This document shows, one piece after another, positions 1 through 13,929 of a stretch of 64,000 bases of DNA. The position numbers and the translations under genes were made by a program. Every line of letters begins with the position of its first letter. The stretch's first letter is position 1. The notes beneath the pieces are model-generated. The model was not told where the DNA came from and searched no databases. It saw only the letters and a program-made list of their open reading frames with translations. Origin of the DNA: Eledone cirrhosa (lineage: Eukaryota); NCBI GenBank assembly GCA_964016885.1, contig OZ024745.1, forward strand, positions 76,570,001 to 76,634,000. Reading direction: 5' to 3'.

Positions 1-124
1 GAGATTGTGAGTTCGATTCTCGGACCAGGCTTTGCATTGTCTCCTTGAGCACGACACGTTATTTCACGTTGCTCCAGTTTACTCAGCTGTAGAAATGAGT
101 TGCGATGTCACTGGTGTCAAGCCT
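1..124 (+). mobile_element. tRNA-derived CORE-type SINE, 5' end cut by the window edge
   Basis: B-box-like GAGTTCGATTC, then TTGTCTCCTTGAGCACGACACGTTATTTCAC, which resembles the CORE motif. A related degraded copy with an A box lies at 11078-11185. Confidence 0.6.
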
Positions 125-171
125 TTATATATATATATGCATATAATGTCTTCGTAGATAGAAAAAGAAGA

Positions 172-223
172 AATCAGCCAGACTTGTTTCAATCCTGTTT
201 TGGAATTTCATCAATAGCTGATT
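172..223 (-). ncRNA. Minimal type I hammerhead ribozyme (Penelope-type), with a C3U core change
   Basis: Minus strand reads aatcagcta TTGATGA aattc-caaaaca-ggatt GAAA caa GTC tggctgatt. This gives a 9-bp stem I (one G-U), a 5-bp stem II and a minimal stem III. Confidence 0.7.
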
Positions 224-350
224 CAAAACCAAGTATTAGAGCAATTTGCACAGAAAAAAGCATTATTGGTAGCTAGCTTAATTAATAAATTAGTGATGAT
301 GTGTTAAATGGGCTTTGCTTCAATGCTAAATTGTACTACAAAATATATCT

Positions 351-619
351 TTTTTTTTAGTTATGTAATAAACAACATAAGATCCATGGTGTATGTTGGT
401 TAATTTCCCGAAACTGTAGAGTGCTCAACTTATCGGGCTGGAAGGTACCAATCATATATGTAATATAGAATATGCTTCGATCATAGAGCACTCTACAGTT
501 TCAGGAAATTAATCAACATACACCATGGATCTTATGTTGTTTATTACATAACTAATAAGCTCTGTAGCCTACATAGAGCACTCTTTTTTCCTGTACCTTT
601 CCGACGGAAATACTTCATT
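351..619. mobile_element. Hairpin-plus-tail insertion with a 14-bp target-site duplication (Penelope-like)
   Basis: 70-bp inverted arms at 357-426 and 486-555 (2 mismatches). TACAAAATATATCT is repeated at 337-350 and 620-633. The arm contains a hammerhead-like 3' half, GAAAC-TGTA-GAGTGCTC. Confidence 0.65.
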
Positions 620-944
620 TACAAAATATATCTATAGATTTATATTCAACAACGTATCAATAGACAGCTATCCACATTTTGTCATTATATAAAACACTTT
701 CTTTAAAATGTTACAACCATGCTGACAATATTCAATGCTGATTATATTTTCTTTAGTAACAATAAAGGTTTACCAGAGTAGTCATATATAGACTGTAACT
801 ATCTTTTAAAAAATCCATTTCAAATTAATTAGCTTTTTTGAGAAAATCATCAATATGTTGAATATTATATTATTTTAAAAAATCAAAGATAATTACATTG
901 AACATTTATTAATTCTCAACTAATTCTGTATTACTAATATAGTA

Positions 945-1044
945 ATTATTGTTTCTACTTTAGGCACAAGGCCAGCAATTACCCAGTGCATTACTGGTAC
1001 TTTATTTTATCGACCCGTAAGGATGAAAGGCAAAGTTAACCTCG
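945..1044 (-). mobile_element. Nin-domain SINE, 5'-truncated
   Basis: Reverse complement of TTGCCTTTCATCCTTACGGG-TCGATAAAATAAAGTACCAG...GGCCTTGTGCCTAAAGTAGAAACAAT. More than 20 copies occur in the window. Confidence 0.85.
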
Positions 1045-1223
1045 AATTATTGTTGGGCCGTCAACTATGTACCGTTATGTAAATGAGAGGCGTCTAGTGG
1101 TATGTTCAAATTTTAATGAATAGCCTTCGTTGATTCACGACAAAAGAAAGCGGATGTAAAGAGTTGCAAAGTAGCAACGAAACTCATTATTTCAATCACC
1201 ATCTTATGTTACCAAAATTGTAG

Positions 1224-1279
<56 letters not shown>

Positions 1280-1281
<2 letters not shown>

Positions 1282-1890
1282 GATGAAAAATGGCATGCTG
1301 TGTTGTTGCAAGTGTGATATATAAATAAAATGAAGAATTAAAAATAGAAGCAAGGACTATCCATCATCAGTGGTCTACTAGCCATCATAGGTATTTCTTC
1401 GCATTAAAGACCAGATATCTCAGGCTAGCGCGATACAATAACTAAAATAAGTTATTGGGATAAAAAGAATTGGGTGGAGAAAGAGAGAAAGGTAAACAAA
1501 CACGAATGGTGAGGCAACGTAAAAAAAAAGAGAGGAAAAAATGAGAAAATCAAGTCAATGATTCATTTGAACATAAGAACTTGTGAATATTGATGAGAAG
1601 ACCAAGACACATCTTGACCGTGCGATAGTGAGCGAGGAAAGAATTTCGTACGGTGTGGGACGATGGAGGAAGTGAGAGAGAGGGTGAGTAGCAGAGAGTG
1701 ACTGATTGAAAGTGTGAGATTTATCTATGAAGTAAAGAAAAAACAGGTAGCTACTATACGTTATGTCTTTGTCGATACACAATACAAAGAATTTATTTTG
1801 TTTTTAATATCGATACAAATCCAATGTTTAGAACACTCCAACATTTATTTCTTGCTCAGGAGTATACGATGATAACTTCACATACGACAT
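1280..1890 (-). mobile_element. Degraded Penelope-like 3' end abutting (TA)n
   Basis: 1355-1450 aligns by eye with 5050-5140. Both have CTGATGA on the minus strand downstream of a pyrimidine-rich tract, and both end in (TA)n. Confidence 0.4.
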
Positions 1891-2350
1891 AAATACATAC
1901 ATACAAACACACACACACATGCGCGCGCACGTACACCCGCACACACCCGCATATATATGCATAAACACACACACATATATATATGTATATGTATTAATTT
2001 ATAAAGATGTCTACGCATTAGAGACATTTCATTTTATGAATCAATGTTAACTGTTTAATCATTGTTGAGCGGATTTAGACGGTTTTTGGCTGCTATTTCC
2101 AGCATCAATACAAGCCCATCGTATTGTCCTAATACATTGAGTGAGATACATCCAGCGACGTAACGCGTTGACATCATGCGGCTCGGCAACGACATGGCAT
2201 GTATTATAACTATTCAACTTCTCCGCTTATTCCAAAGAATACTCCGCCCGACGAAGGAACTATAATTCTTTCAATATTGGTAATTCCAATGTCTTGGAAT
2301 GATTAATGTTGTTTTGTGGGTCCCAGAAAGCATGGCTTGGAACTATGGTG

Positions 2351-2489
2351 CGCTTTCATCAGATAAAATATAATATAGGTTAGTTTTATAAATAAATATT
2401 GACATACCCTTAAAAAAATGCAACCATTCTGGTTGGAATCTCCTGGATTTATAAAACTAACCTATATTATATTTTATCTGATGAAAGCG
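2351..2489. repeat. Perfect 43-bp inverted repeat with a 53-nt spacer
   Basis: 2351-2393 is the exact reverse complement of 2447-2489. The arm contains CTGATGA. Confidence 0.9.
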
Positions 2490-2684
2490 TACAATAGTTT
2501 GCTTTGGTGGCCCTTGAAATATGTATAATGAAATAAATATGGTTTTATAAATATAGTTTCCATTTATAAATATAGTTTCCATTTGTTAATATATTGTATA
2601 TTTACTACAATAATTTGTTGAGTGCTTTATATCAGTTATAAAAATATTTTGCTTGTTGTATCCCAACAAATTAAATATAACCTC

Positions 2685-2760
<76 letters not shown>

Positions 2761-2764
<4 letters not shown>

Positions 2765-2993
2765 AAGAATGAAGAGTAACATGGTTGGCTGTACAATAAG
2801 AGCTTTATTTAAAGTATTGACAATTGTTTCGTTAATCAGGTGAGTATAGAGTTCGTTAATCACTTGAGCAAACTCACTGCATAACTATGGAAGCATCTTG
2901 TTGAGTCAAACAAAGCCGTACATTAAAACTATCCACAACGCAGAGCACTCACAACCTCTAACTGGATTACCTATAACGATAAGTTGTTATCCC
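2761..2993 (-). mobile_element. Penelope-like 3' end between (TA)n tracts (same family at 7046-7206 and 54808-54969)
   Basis: Shared terminus GAAGA..AACATGGT(T/C)GGCTGTACAA..TTTATTT..AGTATT(G/A)ACAATTGTTTC. The minus strand has the hammerhead 3' half GAAA-CAATTG-TC followed by AATAAA. Confidence 0.55.
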
Positions 2994-3890
<897 letters not shown>

Positions 3891-4125
3891 GATACAAAGT
3901 CTTCGTAATTTAGTGCATATATGTTTGATGATGTTAAAGAAAATATGGAAGAAAATTGTTGTAATTGAGTTAAAAATGTCCGTAGCGCTATATTCAACAA
4001 GATCTGAGAGACCTCGATATCAGTTGAAGAGCTGTATACTGCTGCACGTCTAAAGTTGCATTTCGTGAGGCAATCATGTCCAACAAAATGAAGCTTATAT
4101 ATATATCTATGTATGTATATATATG

Positions 4126-4190
<65 letters not shown>

Positions 4191-4359
4191 TATGTTTAGA
4201 CAACAGAACGTGTGTATAAGATACAGGCGTCCTGTCGAATATATGACAGTATTTAATTAGCTCAATGCTTGAAAGCAGAGCCGTTAGTCCTCTGTGCTAC
4301 ATATGGTTCGTTCTTGAGGTCGGTAGAGTTTATACTATTGATCTAAATCCTCTTTATAA

Positions 4360-4433
4360 CGCTCTGATGAGTCCTGCAATTATGCAAGGACGAAACACTG
4401 TCATCAAATAAAGATTAATTGATGATGTAAGCG
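4360..4433 (+). ncRNA. Complete type I hammerhead ribozyme, predicted cleavage after GUA at 4429
   Basis: cgct CTGATGA gtcc-tgcaattatgcaa-ggac GAAA ca(ctg)tcatcaa..ttgatga-t-GTA agcg. The core is canonical and stems I, II and III all pair. (TA)n begins about 17 nt downstream of stem I. Confidence 0.85.
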
Positions 4434-4448
4434 CTCTTTGTTTTTGTT

Positions 4449-4497
<49 letters not shown>

Positions 4498-4575
4498 TAA
4501 AAAAATAATGAATAAAACAATGAAACAGTTCCTTATATTAAACAAAAAAAGTTCATTATTTAACGATCGTTTCTA

Positions 4576-4608
<33 letters not shown>

Positions 4609-4613
<5 letters not shown>

Positions 4614-4746
4614 GAACATCGGTTCGTTCACGAGTTTAATTCGTTCTTGAAGGCCGTTCGTCACTCAAGATATTTTATGTTCGGAAAAATTGTTTGTGAA
4701 CTGATTTGTTGGGAATGAGAGACGTTCTTGAAACGGGGTCCCACTC
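4609..4746. mobile_element. Degraded Tigger/pogo-type MITE
   Basis: Imperfect terminal inverted repeats CAATGGAACATCGGTTC ... GAAACGGGGTCCCACTC, flanked by TA. Confidence 0.45.
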
Positions 4747-4999
4747 TATATCGTTTTTGTATTTGTTTTGCAGATTCTTGATGTCAAATTGCGTGTTGAT
4801 TCTTTGTATTCTCTGATGTTGTTGTCTCTTTGATTATATTCAGGGAGCTGCGTGTGGTGAAGTATTGTGTGCGTGTATGTGTGTGTTTAGTATCGCATAT
4901 GCGTGACACGTTTTTCAAAGCCCTTACAAAGTACGGATATAGATTTATATTGTCACAAATTGCCGAGGTGAATCATGTATATATATATATATATATACA

Positions 5000-5350
5000 T
5001 AAGAATAAACGTGCTGCGTGGTTGCAAATGGGTTACATATGAATAAAGTTAGTCCTTCATCAGTGATCTTCCAACCATCATTGGTATTTCATCGCTTTAA
5101 AGACCATATACCTCCGGTTGGTGCGAGCAACGGCTAAAAAAAGTCATTGGGACACGTAAATAAAGGGGACACGAGAGTGTAAACAAACAAAGATGGTGAA
5201 GCAACGAAAAGTGAGGAAGAACGAGCCGGTGAAATCGTGAACGAGAGAGAAAAAAAGACCATCAAACCTGGTTGGAATGTGAGCAAGGAAGGAATTCCGT
5301 ACAGGTCTAACGGGAGGAAGAAGGAATCTAGTCTGTGAATTCGGTGAACA
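5000..5350 (-). mobile_element. Degraded Penelope-like 3' end, paralogue of 1280-1890
   Basis: Homologous to about 1355-1700; minus-strand CACTGATGAAGGAC; (TA)n flank. Confidence 0.4.
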
Positions 5351-5904
5351 TATATATATAAATGTAAGTATGCTAGGGCTAGGGTGAGAAATAAAATTTT
5401 TATAAAATTATATATATATATGAGATTATTGAAGTTTGCTTGAAGCATTGTGGAATAATAAGGTAAATTTCTTTAAGTCGTTTGGAAGCCTCGACAATGC
5501 AGATGGGTAAATCTGCAGGTAACAAGATCCGGTGGTGGAGAGAGATATGTAAGTGGGTGTACGTTGAGATGCGTGGCGTGTATAAGACTAGCGTGTAGAG
5601 GAATGATGGAAAGAACGTAAAGGATAAAAATAAAAATAAAAATAATAACACGAGATAGAGTAACCTTGGGAGAGATTTAATTGTCCCTATATATTTCGGA
5701 TTCACATCCATCAACTGGGTTTTTTTCCCGGGGGGGGGGGGGGGTTGTCTGTCGGAAAGGTGCGAAACGTGTCCTCCGCTGTTCGTTGTTATATTTAACT
5801 TTGTATCTGCATAAATACAAGAATGTGTATATAATATACACATTTTTCTAATATATAGAAATATATAACATGCCTTAAAATATGAATTTTCCTGTTAATT
5901 GAAA

Positions 5905-6010
5905 TAATGGTTTCTGATTTAGGCATAAGGCCGATCATTTTAGGAGAATGAGAAAGTCGATTAAATTGACCCCAGTGCATTACTGGTACTTTATTTTATC
6001 GGCCCCGTAA
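5905..6010 (-). mobile_element. Nin-domain SINE 3' part (long variant)
   Basis: SINE core and tail on the minus strand, including the AGTCGATTAAATTGACCCC segment. Confidence 0.8.
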
Positions 6011-6293
6011 TGGAAATAATGATATACACTTTTAATCGATTTTTGGATCCAATTGGATCCTCATCAGATCAACCACAAGGAAACATGTATTTGATGGGCA
6101 TATACAGCCATTCGCTTTTAATATTATTCTGAATAATAAGTCATTGCAGTTCAGCAAAAAGCTAATGATAGAAACTCTTGGGCAGCTTATATTTAATCTC
6201 CCTCATGACATTATTTTAATATAGTTTATGTATGTGCACATATTTCTATTTGCTCTATTATTTCATTTGAAATGATAAATATTGATTGATTGA

Positions 6294-6360
<67 letters not shown>

Positions 6361-6367
<7 letters not shown>

Positions 6368-6560
6368 GACAACTGAAGGTCGGACTGGAAGATATGCTGT
6401 AAAATTTTATTTCCCCGAATAAAAGTTTACAGCATATCTTCCAGTCCAGCCTTCTGTTGTCGCTTTATAGATACTTTACTCCGTTCCTGCGCCAACCACT
6501 GGATACCACATCTACGATGGATGATTTGCATGAGGTTGAGTCCTTTGTTTGATTCATTAC
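6361..6560. mobile_element. (TA)n-abutting hairpin-plus-tail unit
   Basis: 51-bp arms at 6361-6411 and 6418-6468 (5 mismatches), a 6-nt loop, then about 90 nt of unique tail. Confidence 0.7.
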
Positions 6561-7045
6561 ATGATATACCTACATGATATACCTACCAGAACCACCAGTT
6601 CTACCCTTAGGTAATAAAAATAACTTAAATGGTATATATATATATATACTACACTGTAATTATATCAACATATATTTGTCTAAACCTAATGTTGTTTACT
6701 ACTTTATCACATGGTTGAATTTTCTGAAGAAATTTTCCCACAAAAAAGGCAAATATTAGTTGATTTCGTCTGATTCGAATCGTTAGGAATGTTGTATGCT
6801 CAAAAGTCTCTTTGTGCTCTCGAGGTAGTATCGTACAATTAGTACAGTCTCGTTTGTAGTGTTTCTTGTTTCCAGAAAAGAGACTTAGCCTTGATCTGAT
6901 AAATTGTATTCTCATTCGTTTGTTCAATGTAATCTTTCTGAATTGTTTAGATATGTGTCATAATTATGTACAGTAATGTTGGGGATCTAAATAATCTAAG
7001 TAGCTGATACCTGTTTATTGAACACTTTGTGTATATATATATATA

Positions 7046-7206
7046 GTAGTGAAAGAGTGAAGAAGAACATGGTCGGCTGTACAAAAAGGGTTTTATTTAC
7101 AGTATTAACAATTGTTTCATTGATCAGGTGAATCTAAAGGCCGCTAAACACTCGAAGTTGTGTCACTCGACCTTAAATACAATGTGTCTCTGATCAAATC
7201 ATCGTA
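7046..7206 (-). mobile_element. Penelope-like 3' end with a degenerate long-stem-II hammerhead
   Basis: Close reverse-complement match to 54808-54969; TA tracts on both sides. Confidence 0.6.
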
Positions 7207-7342
7207 ATATATATATATATGCATCTATATGTGCATATACATATGTATATATTAACAACAGTAATGTTTGAGCTCTAAATAATGTAGCTCATTGATACCT
7301 GTTTATTGAGCACTTTGTTTGTATATATATATTTATATATAC

Positions 7343-8250
7343 TCTCAGACTTTGACACGGTTCTCTGTGATATGAGATTCCACCTTTCAAAAAGAAAACC
7401 CAATGAGATCTCTCCAGTTCATCCATTTGACAACATGGATCTCCATAATGCAAACTGGGAAGCAATCAATCATGATCTTGTACATGTCGATTGGTCTTTC
7501 ACACAAGCTCACACCTCCATTAACATCAAAGCATCTTGGCAAACATTTGTAGACACTGTAATAAATATATGTTCTAAACATACCCCGTTAAGATCTGTAA
7601 ACAAATCTAAGTGCAGAATCCCTAGAAACAAAAGAACACTTATCAGAAAAAATTAAAGAATTAACAAAAAAAAAACAAAAAAAAACTTAAATACAGCCAG
7701 CAGCAACATGCCCATTTGACTGCCATTACGCCACTATAATCGAAACATCACAATTTCCAAAACAGCACGATGTCCATCATCAACAATCAAAGAGCAGCTG
7801 AAGAGGCTTGGGCCATCGAGAAAATCAAACTCAATTCCAAAGTGTTCTTTTCATTTGCGAAAAAACACAACGTCACTGGCTCCACTGTCGGTCATCTAGT
7901 TGATGTAAATGGCACTCTCCAAGATAATTCTAAAACCATGGGTGAGATACTGCAGAAACAATACTTCTCTGTTTTCAACGAATGGCTGACCTAGGCTATA
8001 TTATTCCCCAACACATTATATTGGACATAACGTTTGGCGACCCTGATGTCTAAGCATCGAAACTAATCACAATTCAGCAGTAGGCCCCGATAGGTTCCCT
8101 GCTTGTGTCCTGAAGTGTGCCGACACCAGCTTGCATCTCCTCTTGCTAATCTGTGTAGGAACTCACAGAGTGTTGGATATATATACCTGAAAACTTACTA
8201 TCCCACTCTGTTGTCCCAGGTTTCAAAAAGGGAAACAAGTCCCTTGCAGG
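7343..8250 (+). pseudogene. CR1/L2-group LINE ORF2 remnant (EN-RT linker to start of RT)
   Basis: Peptides NANWEAINHDLVHVDW, IKLNSKVFFSFAKK, MGEILQKQYFSVF, GPD, LASPLANL and FKKGNKS, broken by frameshifts. Confidence 0.75.
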
Positions 8251-9002
8251 AGTATGGGATCGATGGTCAGCCCCTGCTGTCCTGATGTATCTATGCGAAT
8301 GCCAAAATATTTCGGTTAAATGGTGCTAGATCTTAAGGAAACTCACGCAGTGCACTCTATATATGAATGGAGATCCACTGAAGTAGGTGGAGAAGTTCAA
8401 GTATCTTGGGGCCGTGTTCACGAGTGATGGAAGGTAGGAGGCTGAATTAAGTGCAAGAATTTCAAGAACTGGTGCAGTATGTGCCAGCTTCAGTATTCAG
8501 TAATCAGAAGTGAAGTAGGCATAAAGGCCAAACTCGCTGTTTTCAATTCGGTATTCGTGCCAACTCTTACCCATCGTCATGAATCTTGGGTAATGTTCGA
8601 AAGATGACGATAACGAATGTAAGCTGCCGAAATGGGGTTCCTCCGAAAGGCCTTTGGAGTAACATTACTCGATAGAGTGCGTAGCTCGGAGACAAGAGAG
8701 TCTACTCCGGGTAGAGCCGCTATTTCTCCGAATTGAGAGATTACAGTAACGATACTATGGGCATGGGGTTAGAATGTCACAGGAAAGAAAGGCTGGACAG
8801 ATTTTACGGGCAAAACCCACCGGCAGGAGACCCAGGAGTAGACCCCCGAGCAAAATGGTTGGATAGCATCCATGAGCTTGGCTGGTCTCACTTGGGAATC
8901 CAGCCGGATCAATTGGAGACGGTTGCTTCTGACAGGACCTGGTGGAGGGAGTGTTTGAGGAGTCTGCCCTCATCACCCTCTCAGGAATAAGTGGGCGAAG
9001 AA

Positions 9003-9005
<3 letters not shown>
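8250..9005 (+). pseudogene. RTE-clade LINE 3' remnant
   Basis: Translations VEKFKYLGAVFTSDG, FVPTLT..HESWVM, AAEMGFLRK..GVTLLDRVRSSE and YGH.VRM, then a short tail and (TA)n. Confidence 0.8.
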
Positions 9006-9056
<51 letters not shown>

Positions 9057-9155
9057 ATACACACACACACACACACACATATATATATGTATGTATGTAT
9101 ATATATATATTTATATATATATGTGTGTATATATATATATATATATAGAGGGAGA

Positions 9156-9223
<68 letters not shown>

Positions 9224-9814
9224 TAGATATAGAGATAGAGAGAGAGAGAGAGCGTGCGAGAGAAAGAGGGTGAGAGAAACAGAGAGAGAGAGAAGTGCAA
9301 GTAGTTGAGGTGTTCACTAGGCAACCATGAATTACACGTGTTTATCCTACTACGTGGCATCATGAGCAGGTGTCTTCTGGTGGAGCCAAGTGTTGTAAGT
9401 GAAATGAAGTAGATGGAAACTATATAAAAACTCGTCACATTGACTGTACATATAATTCTCAAATGCGAGATCTCGTAAGACTGTGTTATACTGATTCCTG
9501 TTTACAATTACGTTAGGGTATTTGTCACTTTGCACATGAAGTCGTTCAGTTGATTGAATATCTGGTTACTCATGAAGGTTTCGACGACTTTAACATACAC
9601 AAACACACCCACTCATATATATATATACTTAATACAATAACAGAGATAGTTTAAAGCTAAACTCTGACTGGTAACCATCTCACTCAACAAACATTAGGTT
9701 ATATTAAAATATAAACCCAATTTAAGTGTTTGGGGTGCTAACAAAATGTATAATGTGGAAAAACCAGTTGTATTATTTTATGAAATATAATTAAAGTTAA
9801 AGTATATATATATA

Positions 9815-9861
<47 letters not shown>

Positions 9862-9863
<2 letters not shown>

Positions 9864-10055
9864 CGAAGGAGCTGTGGTAAGGAACCAGGCGGACCATAAC
9901 GCACCAAAGTACTCAATACTTAGGGTAGTAGAGTGGGTAATAGGAACAAGTAAGACCCCGACGGCTGAGCTCAAGCCGTTTGGACGGCTAATTCAGTCCA
10001 GAATTAGCCGTCGAAACGGCTTGAGCTCAGCCGTCGGGGTCTTACTTGTTCCTAT
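9862..10055. mobile_element. (TA)n-embedded tail-plus-hairpin element, copy 1 (loop AGTCCA)
   Basis: 78-nt tail, 55-bp arms at 9940-9994 and 10001-10055 (1 mismatch), 6-nt loop. Paralogues at 20219 and 63852. Confidence 0.85.
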
Positions 10056-10071
10056 ATATATATATATATAT

Positions 10072-10196
10072 AGTAATAATAATAAATTTGTAGACCAAAG
10101 AGGGCTCGATAAGGATAAATATATATCAAAATATATAAGAACCGTAGAGCATATATATATATGTATGTATATATATATATGTATATATACATATAT

Positions 10197-10234
<38 letters not shown>

Positions 10235-10246
10235 CCATTCACAACT

Positions 10247-10326
<80 letters not shown>

Positions 10327-10505
10327 TAAATAGGTGTTAGAATAGATTTAAAATATTATTGTATTTAACGTTGAAACATTAACTAAATACTCTCACTCAT
10401 ACTGGTGGATAAAATGTAGAAATTTATTTCCAAGTATGTTTTTCTTCACAGATATTCGTGCAGGTAAACATATTATTCCTTCTCTCACTCTCACTAAATA
10501 GGTAT

Positions 10506-10556
<51 letters not shown>

Positions 10557-10629
10557 AAAAGAAGATGGAAAAATTTCATTGAGCTGATTATATTACAGGG
10601 AACAACGTGAGTCCTGTACTCCGTTGCTT

Positions 10630-10714
<85 letters not shown>

Positions 10715-10835
10715 TAAAGGGTGCAATTGGATTGCGTTCAAAGGCGGTATAACTCGATGTTATTGGGGAGCAGAGTATCAATAATAACAATTAGGGAACA
10801 AAGAATCAGTGTTGCAACTCTGATTCTTTGTTCCC

Positions 10836-10907
<72 letters not shown>

Positions 10908-11020
10908 TAGATATATATATAGTTATATAGTAATAATAATAAATTTGAAGACTAAAACCCACAGAGGGCTCGATAAGGGTAAATATATATCAAATATATA
11001 AGAACCCTAGAGCAAATATT
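10072..11020. repeat. Two direct copies of an 80-nt TA-flanked unit (10072-10151 and 10929-11020)
   Basis: AGTAATAATAATAAATTTG..AGAGGGCTCGATAAGG.TAAATATATATCAAA.TATATAAGAACC.TAGAGCA occurs twice. Confidence 0.75.
10713..10840. mobile_element. (TA)n-embedded tail-plus-palindrome unit
   Basis: A 76-nt tail, then a 52-nt palindrome at 10789-10840 (one T-T mismatch, centre GTTGCAAC), with (TA)n on both sides. Confidence 0.75.
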
Positions 11021-11044
11021 TTAATAAATATATATATATATATA

Positions 11045-11078
<34 letters not shown>

Positions 11079-11291
11079 ATGGTGCATAGCCTAATGGTTA
11101 CAATATTAGGATTGATATGTCGTAGGTTCGGTTCCTTGACCAGGCGGTGTATTATTTTCTTAAGCAAAACATTTTATTTCACATAGAACAACTGAGGATT
11201 AACCCTACTCTGGTCAAGAGGGTCCTCTTGTAATATCCGTCGTTTAATGTATGCATGTATGTATACACACACACACACTCACACACACAAC

Positions 11292-11594
<303 letters not shown>

Positions 11595-12353
11595 TGTGTG
11601 CATGTGTGTGCGTGTGTGTCTGTGTGCGTATGTGTGCTTGTGTGTGTCTATTTGGGTACATGTGGGTATGGAACGTAATTGGGCCTCCATCGAAACCGAC
11701 GATGAGTATATTGATTGTTGGATCATTTACATAGAAATAGCCGGATCATAAATGTAGCCGAACACTCTTCAGACACGTGTACTCATAATGTAATTCTCAG
11801 GAAGATTCAGCACGACACAGTTTGGAAGAAATCTAATCCTTTGAATTACAACGGGCTTCCAGCAGTTTTCATCTACCCATTTTCATCCCCACGGCATGGG
11901 TCCAGCCGAAGCTAAGGTAAACGATATTTGGTCAAGACTTCGCCTAAAAGCTGCGAAGAGCGTTTCTTAATCATTCGCCGGCGCGACCTTTACATATGTT
12001 TGTGTGCGCGCGTTTGACTGTGCGCGTGTCCATGTGCGTATAGATATATGCGTATATGTGTACAAAATACTTCAATATAGTTCAAAAGTCACTGAGGATC
12101 TTGTGCTTCTCTTTCTGCTTTTCAAACCTGTTGAATAACGAAAGCTAACTAGAAGAGTTAGTGTGAAAAATTACCTAAATATTCCCTCCATACATACATA
12201 CATACACACATGCATGCATGCGTACGCACGTATATGCATATTCACCTGCATATATACATACACATATATATATATATATATACTACACAGATACACATAC
12301 ATACACACACATATATATATACATATATATGTATAGGTATGTGCGTACTTATA

Positions 12354-12436
<83 letters not shown>

Positions 12437-12644
12437 ATGTGTGTGTATTTATATGTGTGTGTTTGAAAAGAAAGAGGGATACCTACAAATTTATATAAAT
12501 TTATATATATATAGTCGTATACATAATTAAAAAAAAAAGTCTTTAATATACATGTGCATGCGTGCGTGTGTCTTATATTATATTAAAAAGTCTTTAATAT
12601 AATATGTGCATGCGTGCGTGTGTCTTCTCTGTTGTTTGGGGCCA

Positions 12645-12676
<32 letters not shown>

Positions 12677-12966
12677 AAAAATTCACAAACACACAAGAAA
12701 ATAGAAACATCATAAAAAAAAAAAATCAACAAAATATCTATTACTGAAAGAGCGTAACTCACTTGAATGCAAAACGTTTCTGAAACGAACCTTAGATGCT
12801 GTTATTACAAGACCGTCGTTGGTTTTCGATAAACGTGGGTTCTGTTATTATATTATATATTTCTGAGAGCTTGTGTCAGTTCCTCAGTTATAATGTTCTT
12901 TGTTGTCTTCTCACTAAAACTGTTAATGGAATGTCAGTTCGATTCGTATTCTAATTTATATAGTTA

Positions 12967-12967
<1 letters not shown>

Positions 12968-13032
<65 letters not shown>

Positions 13033-13096
13033 GCTGCTGCTGCTACTACTGCTACTACTACTACTACTACTGCTGCTAATACTACTACTGCTGCTG

Positions 13097-13143
<47 letters not shown>

Positions 13144-13165
13144 GCTGTTAATACTACTACTGCTG

Positions 13166-13223
<58 letters not shown>

Positions 13224-13385
13224 CGCTGCTGCTACTGCTGCTACTAATACTACTACTACCGCTGCTGCTACTGCTGCTACTGCTGCTACTAATACTACTA
13301 TTTACTGATGGTGATAATGATGATGACGATGATGCTGCTGCTGCTGCTGATGATAGTGATGGTGATGATGGAAGCTGCTGCTACT
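12968..13385. repeat. (CTA)n/(CTG)n/(GAT)n trinucleotide array
   Basis: Read directly from the sequence. Confidence 0.95.
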
Positions 13386-13929
13386 ATGCCTAACTTATTA
13401 CTAGGAGTAGTAATAGGAACGGCATCAACTTCTCAAAGATCCAATTTAAGAAGATGTGAGGGAGGTGCTACCCTCCAGTGAATTCCATGAATTGGCGTGG
13501 CTAAATAGGTTTACTCTAACTATGCAGCTGCAAGTTTGCGCAAAAGCTGGGAGAAGGCACTGGCCTTTGAATCCAGGGTCGTGCGCGGTATGGGAATCCT
13601 TGAATCACATTTCTTACTTACCTTTCCGCTGTTTTCCGGATCTTTTTTCTTGTGTTGCCCTTCATTGCTATTGCTATTTATTATTATCTATATATTATGG
13701 GGTCTTTATTGATATTGGTCTACCCATCCATACATTTTTAGTCGATGTAAATCACTCCCGTTCATTATGTCTTGTTTACTATTGTATTTCACCTTTACCT
13801 TGTCACCAACGTCTTGCGCTCTTGTGGGAAAGAGGCAAAAAAAAAAGAAGAAAATGACAAAAAAAAGACAAACGTTAGAAACTTCGATCATAATTCTTTG
13901 TGGTATTTACACCAGTTCTTTACATTCGA

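Noticed and set aside
6740-6960. Possible GIY-YIG C-terminal remnant (similar hints near 1800-1890 and 16040-16100)
   Set aside because: The resemblance is too weak to call without a profile search.
9874-10311. 145-aa ORF through the hairpin element
   Set aside because: The frame is open because of the palindrome and TA repeats. The paralogue at 20177 stops at the flipped loop.
12535-12626. Tandem duplication of about 40 bp
   Set aside because: An ordinary local duplication with no further structure.
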